Assembly: GCA_965209055.1 (NCBI GenBank)
Contig: OZ242374.1
Coordinates: forward strand, 3,296,001-3,360,000
DNA from: Acidobacteriota bacterium
GTDB lineage: Bacteria > Acidobacteriota > UBA6911 > RPQK01 > JAJDTT01
Reading direction: 5' to 3'
DNA: 64,000 nt
Shown: positions 47,444 through 57,718 of the stretch, one piece after another
Layout: every line of letters begins with the position of its first letter
Position numbering within the stretch: the stretch's first letter is position 1
Made by a program: the position numbers and the translations under genes
The notes under the pieces: model-generated
Database searches by the model: none
Seen by the model: only the letters and a program-made list of their open reading frames with translations
Told to the model about the DNA's origin: nothing

Positions 47444-48331
47444 TCAGGTCCCGAGGCGGGACCGGAACTCGGGCACGCCCGCAGACCCGGGCTTGAGGAC
47501 GATGAGCGCGCCGGCCGCCGGTCCCAGGTCCTCGTCTTCCGGATGGTTCCCGGTAGTGACGTAGAGGTCCGAAAGGTCCTCTCCTCCGAAGGCCACGCTG
47601 GCGGTGAACCTGGCCGGCAGTTCGATGGTCCGCTTCCGGCTGCCGTCGGCGCCGAACTGGAGCACCTTTCCCCCCATGGCCATGGCGATCCAGAGGTTGT
47701 CCTCGGCGTCCAGGGTCATGCCGTCGGCGTGCCCGTCGCGGGCGGCGTCGAATCGCAGAAAGGCGCGCTTCCGGCCGATGTCGCCGGTGCGGGGATCGTA
47801 GTCGAATTTCCAGACCACGTTTTCCAGGGAGTCGATGAAGTAGAAGGAACGGCGGTCGGAGGTGAAGGCCATGCCGTTGGGGATTCCAACCCCTTCCAGC
47901 ACCACTTCGAATGATCCATCGCGATCCAGCCGGTAAAGACGTCCCCGCTTCCGTTCCAGATCTTCGAAGGGCATGGCGCCGGCGAAAACCCGGCCCCCGG
48001 GATCGGCGATGACGTCGTTGAAACGCCCGCCGGACTCGGCCGGGATGTCCTCCAGGAGCGTTCCGGCGACCCGGCCGTCCCTCCAGACCGCCACGGTGCA
48101 CCGGTCCATGAAAAACAGCAGCGAGCCGTCTGCCTGGAGTGTCATCCCGCCCACCATCCGGCCTTCGTAACAGAGCCGGCTCTCGCCGGTGGCGGGTTCG
48201 TACCAGTAGATCCGGCTCGACAGGATGTCTGTCCAGTAGAGCCTGCCCTCGCCGGGGTGCCAGACCGGCCCTTCCCCGACCGTGCAACGGAGATCGGCGG
48301 CGATCTGGAACTCAGGGGCTCCTCGGGTCAT
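47444..48331 (-). CDS. SMP-30/gluconolactonase family protein
   Basis: GEGPVW, RFND, IPNGMAF and ADGMTLDAED. Confidence 0.93.
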   Translation of the reverse strand: MTRGAPEFQIAADLRCTVGEGPVWHPGEGRLYWTDILSSRIYWYEPATGESRLCYEGRMVGGMTLQADGSLLFFMDRCTVAVWRDGRVAGTLLEDIPAESGGRFNDVIADPGGRVFAGAMPFEDLERKRGRLYRLDRDGSFEVVLEGVGIPNGMAFTSDRRSFYFIDSLENVVWKFDYDPRTGDIGRKRAFLRFDAARDGHADGMTLDAEDNLWIAMAMGGKVLQFGADGSRKRTIELPARFTASVAFGGEDLSDLYVTTGNHPEDEDLGPAAGALIVLKPGSAGVPEFRSRLGT

Positions 48332-48351
48332 GGACTCTGCTCCTGCCGGAT

Positions 48352-49503
48352 TCAGTACCGGCCGTACTCCCTGCCGGCCTCCGCAAACGCCTGGATGTTT
48401 CCCGGAGCCGAATCCATGATCTGGCCGGTGGACCGAAGAACGTAGCGGCCTCCGGCAGCGGCCGCGTCAAGGCAGCGTCTCACTTCGTCCCGAACCGCCT
48501 CGGTCCCGCCCTCCGGCAAAACGCGTTCGTTGAATCCTCCGTTGAGAGTGATTCGATCCCCGACCCGGCGCTTGGACTCGGCTAGGTCGAAGTCGCCCGA
48601 CGAGGTCTTGGGAGTCAGCGTCTCCAGCGAATGGGCGCCGGTGTCGGCCATGTCCTCGATGAAGGCCTGGCCGCAGCCGCAGTTGTGATAGCTGACCAGG
48701 AACCCCGCCTCCTTGGCCGCTTCCACCACCGCCTTGTCGTAGGGGTACATGAAGCTCCGGAACTGCTGGGGAGAAAATCCGATCCCGACCCACGACTGGT
48801 CGTAGAGAATGGAATGAACTCCGGTGGCGGCCAGGTGGCGGACCCGGCGGATGGCCCGGTCCCGGAGGAATTCGGAGAACTTCTCCACAAACCGCGGCTG
48901 GTCGATGAGGTCGCAGGCCATGGTCACGAGTCCGCGCATGTTGGACGCCTCGCCCCAGACTCCCATGAAACAGTGCATGAAGAAGGCCCGGTCTCCGGCC
49001 GCATCCACCATGGCTTTCAGCCTGTCCTGGTTCACGCTCTCCGGCTCCGGCAGGTAGCGAATGCAGAGGTCCAGGTCGCGCTCGTTCTTGACGGCCGGCT
49101 CCACCTCGGCCACCTGTCCCTCGCCCATCCGGTAGCTCCAGGTGACGGGTCCCTCGGGAGTGGTCGCCGTGAAACGGTGGGTGCGAAAGTTCCGGGCGTC
49201 CTCTTGGACCTCTTCTTCCACCCTCCAGGTCTCCAGTGCCTCTTCCGGCCAACTGTAGAGCAGCCGGGGATACCGATGCATGGAGAACCGGCGCTCGTCC
49301 GGCGTCACCACCACCGGGTCCAGGCCCAGGTCCTCCTGGATCCGGACCATCTCAAGCGGGTCTTGCACCAGGCCCTCCAGTACGGCGCGGGGTCCTTGAC
49401 CGGTGAGCCGCCGCAGGAGCGGCATTCCCAGCCAAGCGCAGACCGGAACCCGGTCGGTGGGTCGTCCGGTGTAGGCGGCTTCGAAACGATCGCGGGTGTC
49501 CAT
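48352..49503 (-). CDS. Uroporphyrinogen decarboxylase/MtaA-CmuA family protein
   Basis: TDRVPV, FSPQQF, YHNCG, DLAESKRRVG and APGNI.A. Confidence 0.85.
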   Translation of the reverse strand: MDTRDRFEAAYTGRPTDRVPVCAWLGMPLLRRLTGQGPRAVLEGLVQDPLEMVRIQEDLGLDPVVVTPDERRFSMHRYPRLLYSWPEEALETWRVEEEVQEDARNFRTHRFTATTPEGPVTWSYRMGEGQVAEVEPAVKNERDLDLCIRYLPEPESVNQDRLKAMVDAAGDRAFFMHCFMGVWGEASNMRGLVTMACDLIDQPRFVEKFSEFLRDRAIRRVRHLAATGVHSILYDQSWVGIGFSPQQFRSFMYPYDKAVVEAAKEAGFLVSYHNCGCGQAFIEDMADTGAHSLETLTPKTSSGDFDLAESKRRVGDRITLNGGFNERVLPEGGTEAVRDEVRRCLDAAAAGGRYVLRSTGQIMDSAPGNIQAFAEAGREYGRY

Positions 49504-49632
49504 GCGTAGTCCCGGAAGGGAAACTCATGGTAGCCCATGGTGTCGGAGCAGGGCAACGAAACGGGGTCTGCCCGAAGTCCGAATTGGACCATTCCGGCTG
49601 TCGATGGTGTGGAATAAATCGACGCAGCTTTG

Positions 49633-49647
49633 TGCTATGATTCATAG
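49633..49647. promoter_or_regulatory. Extended -10 overlapped by an inverted repeat in a divergent intergenic region
   Basis: TG-C-TATGAT (49633-49641); CTATGA-t-TCATAG (49635-49647). Confidence 0.4.
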
Positions 49648-49719
49648 TACGTGTATCGCCAAAATGGGTCAGATCAGAGTGTTGATGGTCTCTGCAAAGC
49701 ATCCCCTGGGTTGAAGACG

Positions 49720-51642
49720 ATGAATTCCAAAATTGAGAGATTCGTTTCCCACACGCTGCCTGCGGTTTTTCTGTTTGTATGCGCAGCCCTGGCCATCCCT
49801 CCGGTTCAAGCCGAAGAGAAGACTCTGCCGAGCGACCCCCGGGCGCTCTACATCCATCCGGTGGGAGGGCAGCGGGGAGCGGTCGCGGAGGTTCAGATCA
49901 AGGGACAGACGCTCCAGGGCGCCTATGCCGTCTGGACCAACAGCAGCGCGCTTCGCGGCCAAGTGAAGCGGATCGAAGAGATCGATGAGGTTGGAGATCA
50001 ACCCTATGCGATCGGGTCGGTCCCATTGAGCCACCGGGTCACCGTTGAGGTGGAGATCTCGCCCGACGCCGAAATCGGCGGCTATTCTCTCCGTCTGGTG
50101 TCCCCGAGGGGCGTCTCCGACCCTCTTCCGTTCCGAGTGAGTTCGGAACGGGAGCCTCTGATCCTGGAGGACGCGAGCCGGACCGGACCCGGCCGTCCGA
50201 CTCAGGGACAGTTGTTGGAATATCCGGTGGCTGTCAACGGACTGATCGGCCGGTCGCTGGGTGGGGAAGTCGACTACTACAGCTTCGACGTGGACGCGGG
50301 CCGTGAACTCTATTTCGAAGTCTTTTTTCCGGCCCGTGGCAAGGGGCCGATCCCCAAGATGCTGCTCTATCTGTATCGGCATGAGCCGAGCTGGGTGGAC
50401 CCGCACCGCCTCCGGACGCTGGCGTTCAATGATGACCCCGTCGTTCATGAATCCGGCCTGTTCGCCGCGCAGGGGACCGTCCGCAGGGCGAGCCTGAAGC
50501 ATCGGTTCGCCGATTCGGGGCGCTATCTGATCGCCGTCAAGGGCTTCGACGACCGGGGCGGACCCGATTTCGTCTACCAACTTCGAATCGCCGACGCGGA
50601 AGTCGAAGAGATCTCCGCTGACAGGAGTTCCTGGCCGCTGGCGCATTCCGATCCTCACGCGTGGTTCGAAAGAAGGTTCCAGGTGAACCTCTCCCCGGCC
50701 CGTCTCCAGGAACTGTCCAGGCGAACCGTTCTCCAGGCCGGGGGAGCAAGAGAAATGAAGGAAGGGATCGGATCGGCCGGTTCCTCGGGCGTCGCCGGAG
50801 GGGATGACGCCGCCGGACCGGCTCCGTCACCCGAATTGCTCGGAGCCGTTGCCACTCATCGGATCGAAGGAACTTCCGGAAATGTTCCGGAACCGTCCCA
50901 AGTCACTCTGCCGGCGATTGTGGAAGGGGTCATCGATCGTCCCGGCAAGGCCGACCGCGTCAGATTTACGGCAGAAGCGGGCCAGGCCGTGGCGGTGGAA
51001 GTCGAGACCCCCCGGGCCGGAGTTCCCGTCTTCGTTCCCTGGGTGCAGGTTCTGGACCAGGAGCAGGAGGTGGTCTTCAGCGCCATCTACAATCGAGTCA
51101 CGGGCAACAACGTCATGCTGTTCCGTGAACTCGAATCGAAGATGATCTACACCTTCGACCGGGGAGGCGAATACACTCTGCAGATTCGCGAGTTGACGAC
51201 CGCCCACGCAGGTTCCGATTTTGCCTACCGTGTGTTGATCCGGCCTCAAATCCCCCACGTCGGACAGTTGAAGCTGGAGCCGGATCGCCTCAACATCGTG
51301 CAGGGCCAGGCCAACCGGCTGACCGTCACCGTGGACCGCGAAGAGAAATTCGAGGGGGAGGTCGCCCTCGTCGTCGAAGACCTTCCGGAAGGCGTGCACG
51401 CCTATGCGACGGCGGTTCCGGAGGAGGAACGTCCTCCCGCCTTCGACGAATCGGAAAAACATATGTTCCGTCCCGAGACCCAGAAGGTTTCCATTACGCT
51501 GATGGCCGAAGACGGGGCCTCGACCACGAACCTTCCTCGCATGGTGCGAGTCAAGGCCCGGGCCATCGTGGGTGGAGAAATGGGACCGCTGATTCCGGTG
51601 GGCGTGGTTCCCTTGATGGTGGTGGCGCCTCCACAATCTTGA
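49720..51642 (+). CDS. Secreted PPC/pre-peptidase-like repeat protein of DUF1553/DUF1501 clusters
   Basis: IHPVGGQRG, PVAVNG..EVDYYSF, GGPDFVYQLRI and LPEGV. Confidence 0.75.
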   Translation: MNSKIERFVSHTLPAVFLFVCAALAIPPVQAEEKTLPSDPRALYIHPVGGQRGAVAEVQIKGQTLQGAYAVWTNSSALRGQVKRIEEIDEVGDQPYAIGSVPLSHRVTVEVEISPDAEIGGYSLRLVSPRGVSDPLPFRVSSEREPLILEDASRTGPGRPTQGQLLEYPVAVNGLIGRSLGGEVDYYSFDVDAGRELYFEVFFPARGKGPIPKMLLYLYRHEPSWVDPHRLRTLAFNDDPVVHESGLFAAQGTVRRASLKHRFADSGRYLIAVKGFDDRGGPDFVYQLRIADAEVEEISADRSSWPLAHSDPHAWFERRFQVNLSPARLQELSRRTVLQAGGAREMKEGIGSAGSSGVAGGDDAAGPAPSPELLGAVATHRIEGTSGNVPEPSQVTLPAIVEGVIDRPGKADRVRFTAEAGQAVAVEVETPRAGVPVFVPWVQVLDQEQEVVFSAIYNRVTGNNVMLFRELESKMIYTFDRGGEYTLQIRELTTAHAGSDFAYRVLIRPQIPHVGQLKLEPDRLNIVQGQANRLTVTVDREEKFEGEVALVVEDLPEGVHAYATAVPEEERPPAFDESEKHMFRPETQKVSITLMAEDGASTTNLPRMVRVKARAIVGGEMGPLIPVGVVPLMVVAPPQS

Positions 51643-51672
51643 ACTTTTGCAATCCTGACGGAGAAGGATCCC

Positions 51673-54192
51673 TTGATGAGATCGTTCCTCACCTCTATCG
51701 CTTCCCTCTGGCTCGGTCTTTCCGCGGCCTACGGAAACCACTCCATGCGGCCGGCTCCGAGTCACGATCCGGCGTTGCTGTCGGCTCGGATTTTTCCCGA
51801 ATCGGCCACGCTTCGGGAGACGGGGGCCTCGCAGCGGTTTCTGGTCATCGGGAGGTTCGCCGACGGTTTGGAGCGGGACCTGACCTCTTCAAGCCGATTC
51901 GGCCTCGGAGATACCGGCCTGGCAAACGTCGACGAGGCGGGCAAGGTCAGCGCCCTGGCGGATGGCGAGACGGAACTCGAAGCCGAGATCCAGGGCCACA
52001 CACTCAGGGCCGCGGTGCGAGTCGTGGATTCGGGAAGGGAAACCCCGCTGAGCTTCGAGCGCGCCGTCTCACCCGTTCTCACCAAGACCGGCTGCAACGG
52101 CAGCGGCTGTCATGGAGGGGTCAAGGGCAGGGGCGGCTTCAAGCTGTCGCTCAACTCGTTGAATCCACGCGAGGATTACGACTGGATCGTGAGGGGGGGC
52201 GTCTACCATGTGCTCTCGCCAGAGGCGGGTGAACCTCTGGTTCCGCGGATCGATCTGGCCGAGCCGGCCGAAAGTCTTCTTCTGAAGAAACCGACCTTTG
52301 CCATCCCCCACGGCGGCGGCCCCCGCTTCGATACGGATTCCCAGGAATACGAGACGATCGTGAACTGGGTCCGGAAAGGGGCTCCCTTCGAGCCGGAAGG
52401 AGGCGTCACCGTTCCGCGGATCGAGGAGGTGGCGGTCTACCCCGAGGAAATCGTCCTGGATGGCAAGGGAGTCCATCGTTTGGCGGTCACGGCCACATTG
52501 TCCGACGGCCGGACCCGGGACATCAGCGATGAGGTTCGCTACGAATCCCAGAACCGGGCCGTGGCCAAGGTGGATGCCGACGGCGTGGTCACCGCCGTCA
52601 AGACCGGTGAGACCAACATCCTGGTGCGAGCCGCCGGCCACACGGTTCACGCCCGAATCGGCGTCATCGCAGAACCCATCGCCGACTACCCCGAAGTCCC
52701 CGAGTGGAACTTCATCGACCGGCACGTCATCGCCAAGCTGAAGCGGTTTCACCTGATTCCGTCAGAGCTCTCGGACGACTCCGAATTCCTGAGGCGGGTC
52801 TGCCTGGACGTCATCGGCACCCTGCCGCCTCCGAACCGGGTCCGGGAGTTCCTGGAGGACCCGGGTCCGGACAAACGGAACCAGCTCATCGAGATTCTGC
52901 TGGACTCGCCGGAATTCGTGGATTTCTGGACTTTCCGTTTTTCCGATCTCCTGCGGCTGGTGCAGGAACCCAACTACAGCCAGCTCTACTATGAGTGGAT
53001 TCGAACCAGCGTCGCGTCCAACAAGCCGTACGATCAGATGGCCCGGGAGCGTCTGGACGCCCAGGGACGGGACCGGCCCTCGCGGCACTACTATGAGAAC
53101 AACTCGCAGCCGGAGCGGATCCTCTCCGAAGAACTGCGCGTCTACACGGGACGGCGCTTCGACTGCGCCCAGTGCCACGACCATCCCTTCGAGCCCTGGT
53201 CCCAGGATCAGTTCTGGGGGCTGGCCGCCTTCTTCGGGAATCTCGACTTCATCGGCTACTACGACATCGCCTTCGACAACCCGGCCGGCGGGTACGGAGA
53301 CAAGGGGAAGGCGGGGCCGTTGAAGCATCCCCGGAAAAAGACCGTGCTCCATCCGGAATTCCTGGACGGGACCCCGTTGGCGGAAGAGTTGCGGCCCAAC
53401 CAGCGCCGGGAGTTGGCCAAGTGGCTCACCTCTCATCCCTACTTTGCCGAAGCCTTCGTCAATCGGATCTGGGGCTACTTTTTCGGGAGAGGGATCGTGG
53501 ATCCGGTGGACGATTTCAAGGCCTCCAATCCGCCCACGCACCCGGAGTTGCTCAATGCGCTCGCCGCCGATTTCCGGGAGAACGGCCACGACCTCAAGCG
53601 CCTGATTCGGACGATCGTGCAGTCCAGGACCTATCAGCTCTCGAGCCGGCCCAACCGGAACAATCGCGGCGACCAGATCAACTACTCCCATTTCCTGCCC
53701 AGACCGCTGGAAGCGGAGGTTCTGCTGGACGCCATCTCCCACGTGGCCGGTGTGCCCGAGGTTTTTCACGAGAAACCAGAGTCGCCGGAGGGACAGCCTC
53801 CACCAGGAACGCGAGCCATCCAGTTGAAGGCTCCGGTGCGTTATTTCTCGCATTTTCTGGACCTTTACGGCCGCCCGATGCGTTACGCGGTGCCCGAGCG
53901 CGACGCTGGTCCCAGCGTTTCCCAGGCCCTGCACCTCTACGCCGGGAAGACCTACACCGAGAAACTGACCCGGGAGGGCGGGCGGATCAGCCGATTGGTC
54001 CAGGAGGAGATGCCGCAGGGGGACATCATCGAGCACCTCTATCTGGCGTCATTGTCCCGTCTGCCCACGGACGAGGAAAAAGGCCAGTTGGAAGCGGTGA
54101 TGGCGAATATCAAGTTGCCGGGTCGGAAACAGGCGTTCGCCGATCTGACCTGGGCATTGCTCACTTCCAGGGAGTTTTCGTATAACCATTAA
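51673..54192 (+). CDS. DUF1549/DUF1553 protein with Ig-like (Big_2) domains
   Basis: CNGSGCHG, HGGG, DDSEFLRRVCLD, CAQCHDHP and NPPTHPELL. Confidence 0.9.
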   Translation: MMRSFLTSIASLWLGLSAAYGNHSMRPAPSHDPALLSARIFPESATLRETGASQRFLVIGRFADGLERDLTSSSRFGLGDTGLANVDEAGKVSALADGETELEAEIQGHTLRAAVRVVDSGRETPLSFERAVSPVLTKTGCNGSGCHGGVKGRGGFKLSLNSLNPREDYDWIVRGGVYHVLSPEAGEPLVPRIDLAEPAESLLLKKPTFAIPHGGGPRFDTDSQEYETIVNWVRKGAPFEPEGGVTVPRIEEVAVYPEEIVLDGKGVHRLAVTATLSDGRTRDISDEVRYESQNRAVAKVDADGVVTAVKTGETNILVRAAGHTVHARIGVIAEPIADYPEVPEWNFIDRHVIAKLKRFHLIPSELSDDSEFLRRVCLDVIGTLPPPNRVREFLEDPGPDKRNQLIEILLDSPEFVDFWTFRFSDLLRLVQEPNYSQLYYEWIRTSVASNKPYDQMARERLDAQGRDRPSRHYYENNSQPERILSEELRVYTGRRFDCAQCHDHPFEPWSQDQFWGLAAFFGNLDFIGYYDIAFDNPAGGYGDKGKAGPLKHPRKKTVLHPEFLDGTPLAEELRPNQRRELAKWLTSHPYFAEAFVNRIWGYFFGRGIVDPVDDFKASNPPTHPELLNALAADFRENGHDLKRLIRTIVQSRTYQLSSRPNRNNRGDQINYSHFLPRPLEAEVLLDAISHVAGVPEVFHEKPESPEGQPPPGTRAIQLKAPVRYFSHFLDLYGRPMRYAVPERDAGPSVSQALHLYAGKTYTEKLTREGGRISRLVQEEMPQGDIIEHLYLASLSRLPTDEEKGQLEAVMANIKLPGRKQAFADLTWALLTSREFSYNH

Positions 54193-54243
54193 CCGAACCT
54201 CGTGCCCGCCCCGGGCTCAGGATCGCGGAGGTTTTGGAGTCGC

Positions 54244-55593
54244 ATGAAGAAAATCGGTTGCCTGAGCTGTACCGAAGCGGAGCTGGGTCGGAGGGATTTC
54301 CTACGGGTGGGCTCGGTGGGCGCACTCGGACTCAGCTTGAGCCAGATTCTGGAGTGGGAGAGCCTGATGGCCGGCCCGGCCGCTCCGGCGGCTCGAGCCA
54401 AAAAGGGGGAAGCCTGCATCCTCCTCTGGCTGGGGGGTGGTCCCAGTCAGATGGATACCTGGGATCCTAAAACCAACAGCGCCTTCAAACCCATCGCCAC
54501 CAACGTCGACGGCATCCAGGTCTCGGAGATCCTGCCCTTGACGGCCCGGCACATGGACAAGCTCTCCGTGATTCGGTCCATGCATACCGAGGAGAACAAT
54601 CATCCTCAGGGGCACCACTATGTTTTGACGGGGCATCGCCCCAACGCCGCCGACAAGTTCCCCAGCTTTCCTTCCATCATCACCAAGGAACTGGGCCCCC
54701 GGGGAGAAGTACCGCCGCATGTCCTCTGCCCCGGTTGGGACTCGGCCGACGCCAAACGCTACAACGATCTGTTCCGTTCCGCTTTCCTGGGCGCCAACTA
54801 CGATCCCATGATCCTGGCGGACCGGGGTGAGAAGGGGATCGACGTCACAGATCTGGTCCTGCCCCAGTCCTTTCCCGTGGAGAGCCTGGAGAACCGCAGT
54901 TCCTTTCTCAAGATTGTGGACAGCTACTACCGCCAGAAGGTGGAGTTGGCCGAGTTCTCCAACATGGACGGCTTCCGGGAGAAGGCCCTTCAGATGATCC
55001 TGTCCCCGGCGGTCCGGGACGCCTTCGATCTTTCTCAAGAGCCGGAGAAGATGAAGGAGGCTTACGGCAAGCACAAGTTCGGGCAGAGCGTCCTGCTGGC
55101 CCGGCGCCTGGTGGAAGCCGGCAGCCGCTTCGTCACCGCCTCCGGTTACAGCCACAACGTTTGGGACACGCATGGCGACAACGACGCCAAGCACCGGGAT
55201 GAGTTGGTTCCTCCCTTGGACCGGGCGCTATCGACCCTGCTGGAGGACCTGCACCAGAGGGGTCTCCTGGAAACCACCGTAGTCCTGGTGATGGGCGAGT
55301 TCGGCCGCACCCCCCACATGAACCCGAACAATGGCCGCGACCACTGGCCCGAGTGCTGGTCTGTGGCCCTGGGAGGCGGGGGGATCCGAGGGGGACAGAT
55401 TGTTGGCGCCAGCGACGAACGGGGCGGTTACGTGGCCGAGCGCATGGTCACCATGGGTGACCTGCACGCCACGATTTACAAGGCCCTGGGAATCGACTGG
55501 AACAAGGAACTGATGAGCCCCACCGGTCGTCCCATCAAGATCGCCAACTCCATCGACGACATGACCGGAGTGCCTCTCAAGGAGTTGGTCTGA
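54244..55593 (+). CDS. DUF1501 family protein, Tat-exported
   Basis: RRDFLRVG; GGPSQMDTWDPK, WDTH, GEFGRTP and GRDHW. Confidence 0.92.
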   Translation: MKKIGCLSCTEAELGRRDFLRVGSVGALGLSLSQILEWESLMAGPAAPAARAKKGEACILLWLGGGPSQMDTWDPKTNSAFKPIATNVDGIQVSEILPLTARHMDKLSVIRSMHTEENNHPQGHHYVLTGHRPNAADKFPSFPSIITKELGPRGEVPPHVLCPGWDSADAKRYNDLFRSAFLGANYDPMILADRGEKGIDVTDLVLPQSFPVESLENRSSFLKIVDSYYRQKVELAEFSNMDGFREKALQMILSPAVRDAFDLSQEPEKMKEAYGKHKFGQSVLLARRLVEAGSRFVTASGYSHNVWDTHGDNDAKHRDELVPPLDRALSTLLEDLHQRGLLETTVVLVMGEFGRTPHMNPNNGRDHWPECWSVALGGGGIRGGQIVGASDERGGYVAERMVTMGDLHATIYKALGIDWNKELMSPTGRPIKIANSIDDMTGVPLKELV

Positions 55594-55649
55594 GACGGTC
55601 CGGTTTCCCGTCCGTTCGGGTTTCCACAACTCGATCCGGAGACCGGTTC

Positions 55650-56633
55650 CCGCGCCGAGACCTTCTGCTGGGTGGGTCCGCCTCGGCAGCTGCACTGCTT
55701 TCCTCCTGCACCGGGGCTGACCCTGACGGCCGGCGGGAGCAGATTCGAATCTCCCTCGTCGGAGCGGTGCTGAACAACCCCTTCTGGGATCTGGTCGCCC
55801 GGGGTTTCCGGGCCGCCGGCCAGGATTTGGCTGGGGTGGCCGTGACCTACGCCGCCCCTGAAGAGTTCAGCCTGGCCAATATCAACGCGCTGATCCAGAG
55901 TGTAATCGCCGGATCTCCGGACGGGATCGCCGTCGACTATCGGGGACGGGAGTTTGAAGAGGTCACCCGGCAGGCCCTGGACCGGGGGATCGCCGTCCAG
56001 TTCTTCAACAACTTCGAAGGGCTCGATTCGAACGATCCCCGGATCGTACGGCTGTCGGAGACGGCCGTCGGCCTGGACAAGATGGAAGCCGCCCGCCGGA
56101 GCGGGGAAGCGTTCCTCGAGCATCTGACACCCGGCGATCCGTTGGTACTGTTCAACGGGCTCCCGGACTCTCCGGAGCACCTCATCATCCAGAACGCCTA
56201 TCTCAAGGTGTTTGCCGAAGCCGGATGGACCCGGGAGCGGATCGAACTGTTCCCGGTGGGATTGGACCCGGCCCAGAACTTTCAGCTCATGAAGGTCTAC
56301 CTGACGGCGCACCCCGAGACCCGCGGAATCGTCTGCTGGGATTCACTGACGGGATCGGCGGCGGCACGAGCGAAGATGGACGTGGGACTGGACATCCCAG
56401 TCGTGAGCTGGAATCTGGATGCGATCACCATTCGGAGCGTGAAAGAGGGGGCTCTGACCCTCACCCTGAGCCAGCAGCCGTATCTTCAAGCCTACTACGC
56501 CGTTGTCGCCCTCTACCTCAAGCTGAGGCACGGCATCCTCGAAACGCCGTTCGTCGACCCGGGCCGGTTTCTCGTGGACCGGTCCAACATCGACCAGGTG
56601 GAGGAATTGTTCAAGCGGGGTGTCCTCGGGTAG
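55650..56633 (+). CDS. Sugar ABC transporter substrate-binding lipoprotein (start codon unresolved)
   Basis: NNPFW, PDGIAV and QQPYLQAY; in-frame upstream PRRDLLLGG...LLSSC signal has no ATG/GTG/TTG before it. Confidence 0.75.
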   Translation, partial: PRRDLLLGGSASAAALLSSCTGADPDGRREQIRISLVGAVLNNPFWDLVARGFRAAGQDLAGVAVTYAAPEEFSLANINALIQSVIAGSPDGIAVDYRGREFEEVTRQALDRGIAVQFFNNFEGLDSNDPRIVRLSETAVGLDKMEAARRSGEAFLEHLTPGDPLVLFNGLPDSPEHLIIQNAYLKVFAEAGWTRERIELFPVGLDPAQNFQLMKVYLTAHPETRGIVCWDSLTGSAAARAKMDVGLDIPVVSWNLDAITIRSVKEGALTLTLSQQPYLQAYYAVVALYLKLRHGILETPFVDPGRFLVDRSNIDQVEELFKRGVLG

Positions 56634-56722
56634 TTGGAACAAGAAAAAGAGTTTATCCATCCTGAGTTATAGATAGTTCAACCAGAATTCATATCTGAGA
56701 ATCCAGATCAGGGGATCGAGGT

Positions 56723-57718
56723 TTGAAGCGAGCGAACAGGCTCTTGGTCCGGACACTCCGGCGTCCCGAGTCGGGTCCCCTGGTGGGTTTGCTGGCACTG
56801 GGACTTCTGTTCCAGATCCTTTCGGGCGGAAACTTTCTGACCTTTCCCCAACTGAGCGCTCTGGCCGCTCTCTCGGCTTCGTTGGGCATGGTGGCCCTGG
56901 GCGTGACCCTGCTCATGATCAGCGGGGAGTTCGACCTCTCGGTCTCCCAGACTTTCGCCCTGGCGCCCATCCTCATGGGCCGATTGATGACCGATCTGGA
57001 TTGGCCGGCGGCGCCGGCCCTGGGATTGGCCCTGACCGGTGTGCTGTTGGTGGGTCTGATCAACGGACTGTTGACCACGCTGGCCCGAATCCCGTCGTTG
57101 ATCGTGACCCTGGGAATGTTGTTCGCCGTCACCAGCCTGAATCGCGTCCTGGCGGGCGGCTATCCGGTCCAACTCTATGGCCGGGAGGGTTCGGTGATCC
57201 GCCTCATGGGTGAGGACGTGCCGGCCACGCCCGTGGGGGCCCCGTTCCTCTGGATGCTGGTCGCGGGAGCCATCCTCTGGTTCGTCCTGGAGCGGACCGG
57301 TTACGGAAACTGGACCCGGGCGGCCGGGCACGCGGGCGGAAACGTGGCCCGGGCCATGGGGGTGCCCGTCTCCAGAGTCAAGGTGACGAACTTTGCGTTG
57401 TGCGCGGGGTTGGCCGGATTGGCCGGCTGTCTTCAACTGGCGGATTTCGGGTCGTCCGGCGTGAGTTCGGGCGAGAACTACAATCTGTTGGCCATCGTCG
57501 CCGTGGTCATGGGAGGCACCTCTCTTTTCGGGGTTCGCGGAACCATCCTGGGAACGCTGCTGGGGACCTTGATCCTGGGCGCCCTCAAGACCGGCCTCAT
57601 TCTGGTCGGGACCCGAGGGGAATACTACACGGGGCTGATCGGCGTCCTCCTGCTGGTCGTGGCGGTGATCAACGCCCGGGCCGAGAAGGCCCGCCGTGGG
57701 GATGAGAGGAGCTCGTGA
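56723..57718 (+). CDS. Sugar ABC transporter permease (RbsC-like)
   Basis: ISGEFDLSV, IPSLIVTLG and AVVMGGTSLFG.RGT. Confidence 0.93.
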   Translation: MKRANRLLVRTLRRPESGPLVGLLALGLLFQILSGGNFLTFPQLSALAALSASLGMVALGVTLLMISGEFDLSVSQTFALAPILMGRLMTDLDWPAAPALGLALTGVLLVGLINGLLTTLARIPSLIVTLGMLFAVTSLNRVLAGGYPVQLYGREGSVIRLMGEDVPATPVGAPFLWMLVAGAILWFVLERTGYGNWTRAAGHAGGNVARAMGVPVSRVKVTNFALCAGLAGLAGCLQLADFGSSGVSSGENYNLLAIVAVVMGGTSLFGVRGTILGTLLGTLILGALKTGLILVGTRGEYYTGLIGVLLLVVAVINARAEKARRGDERSS

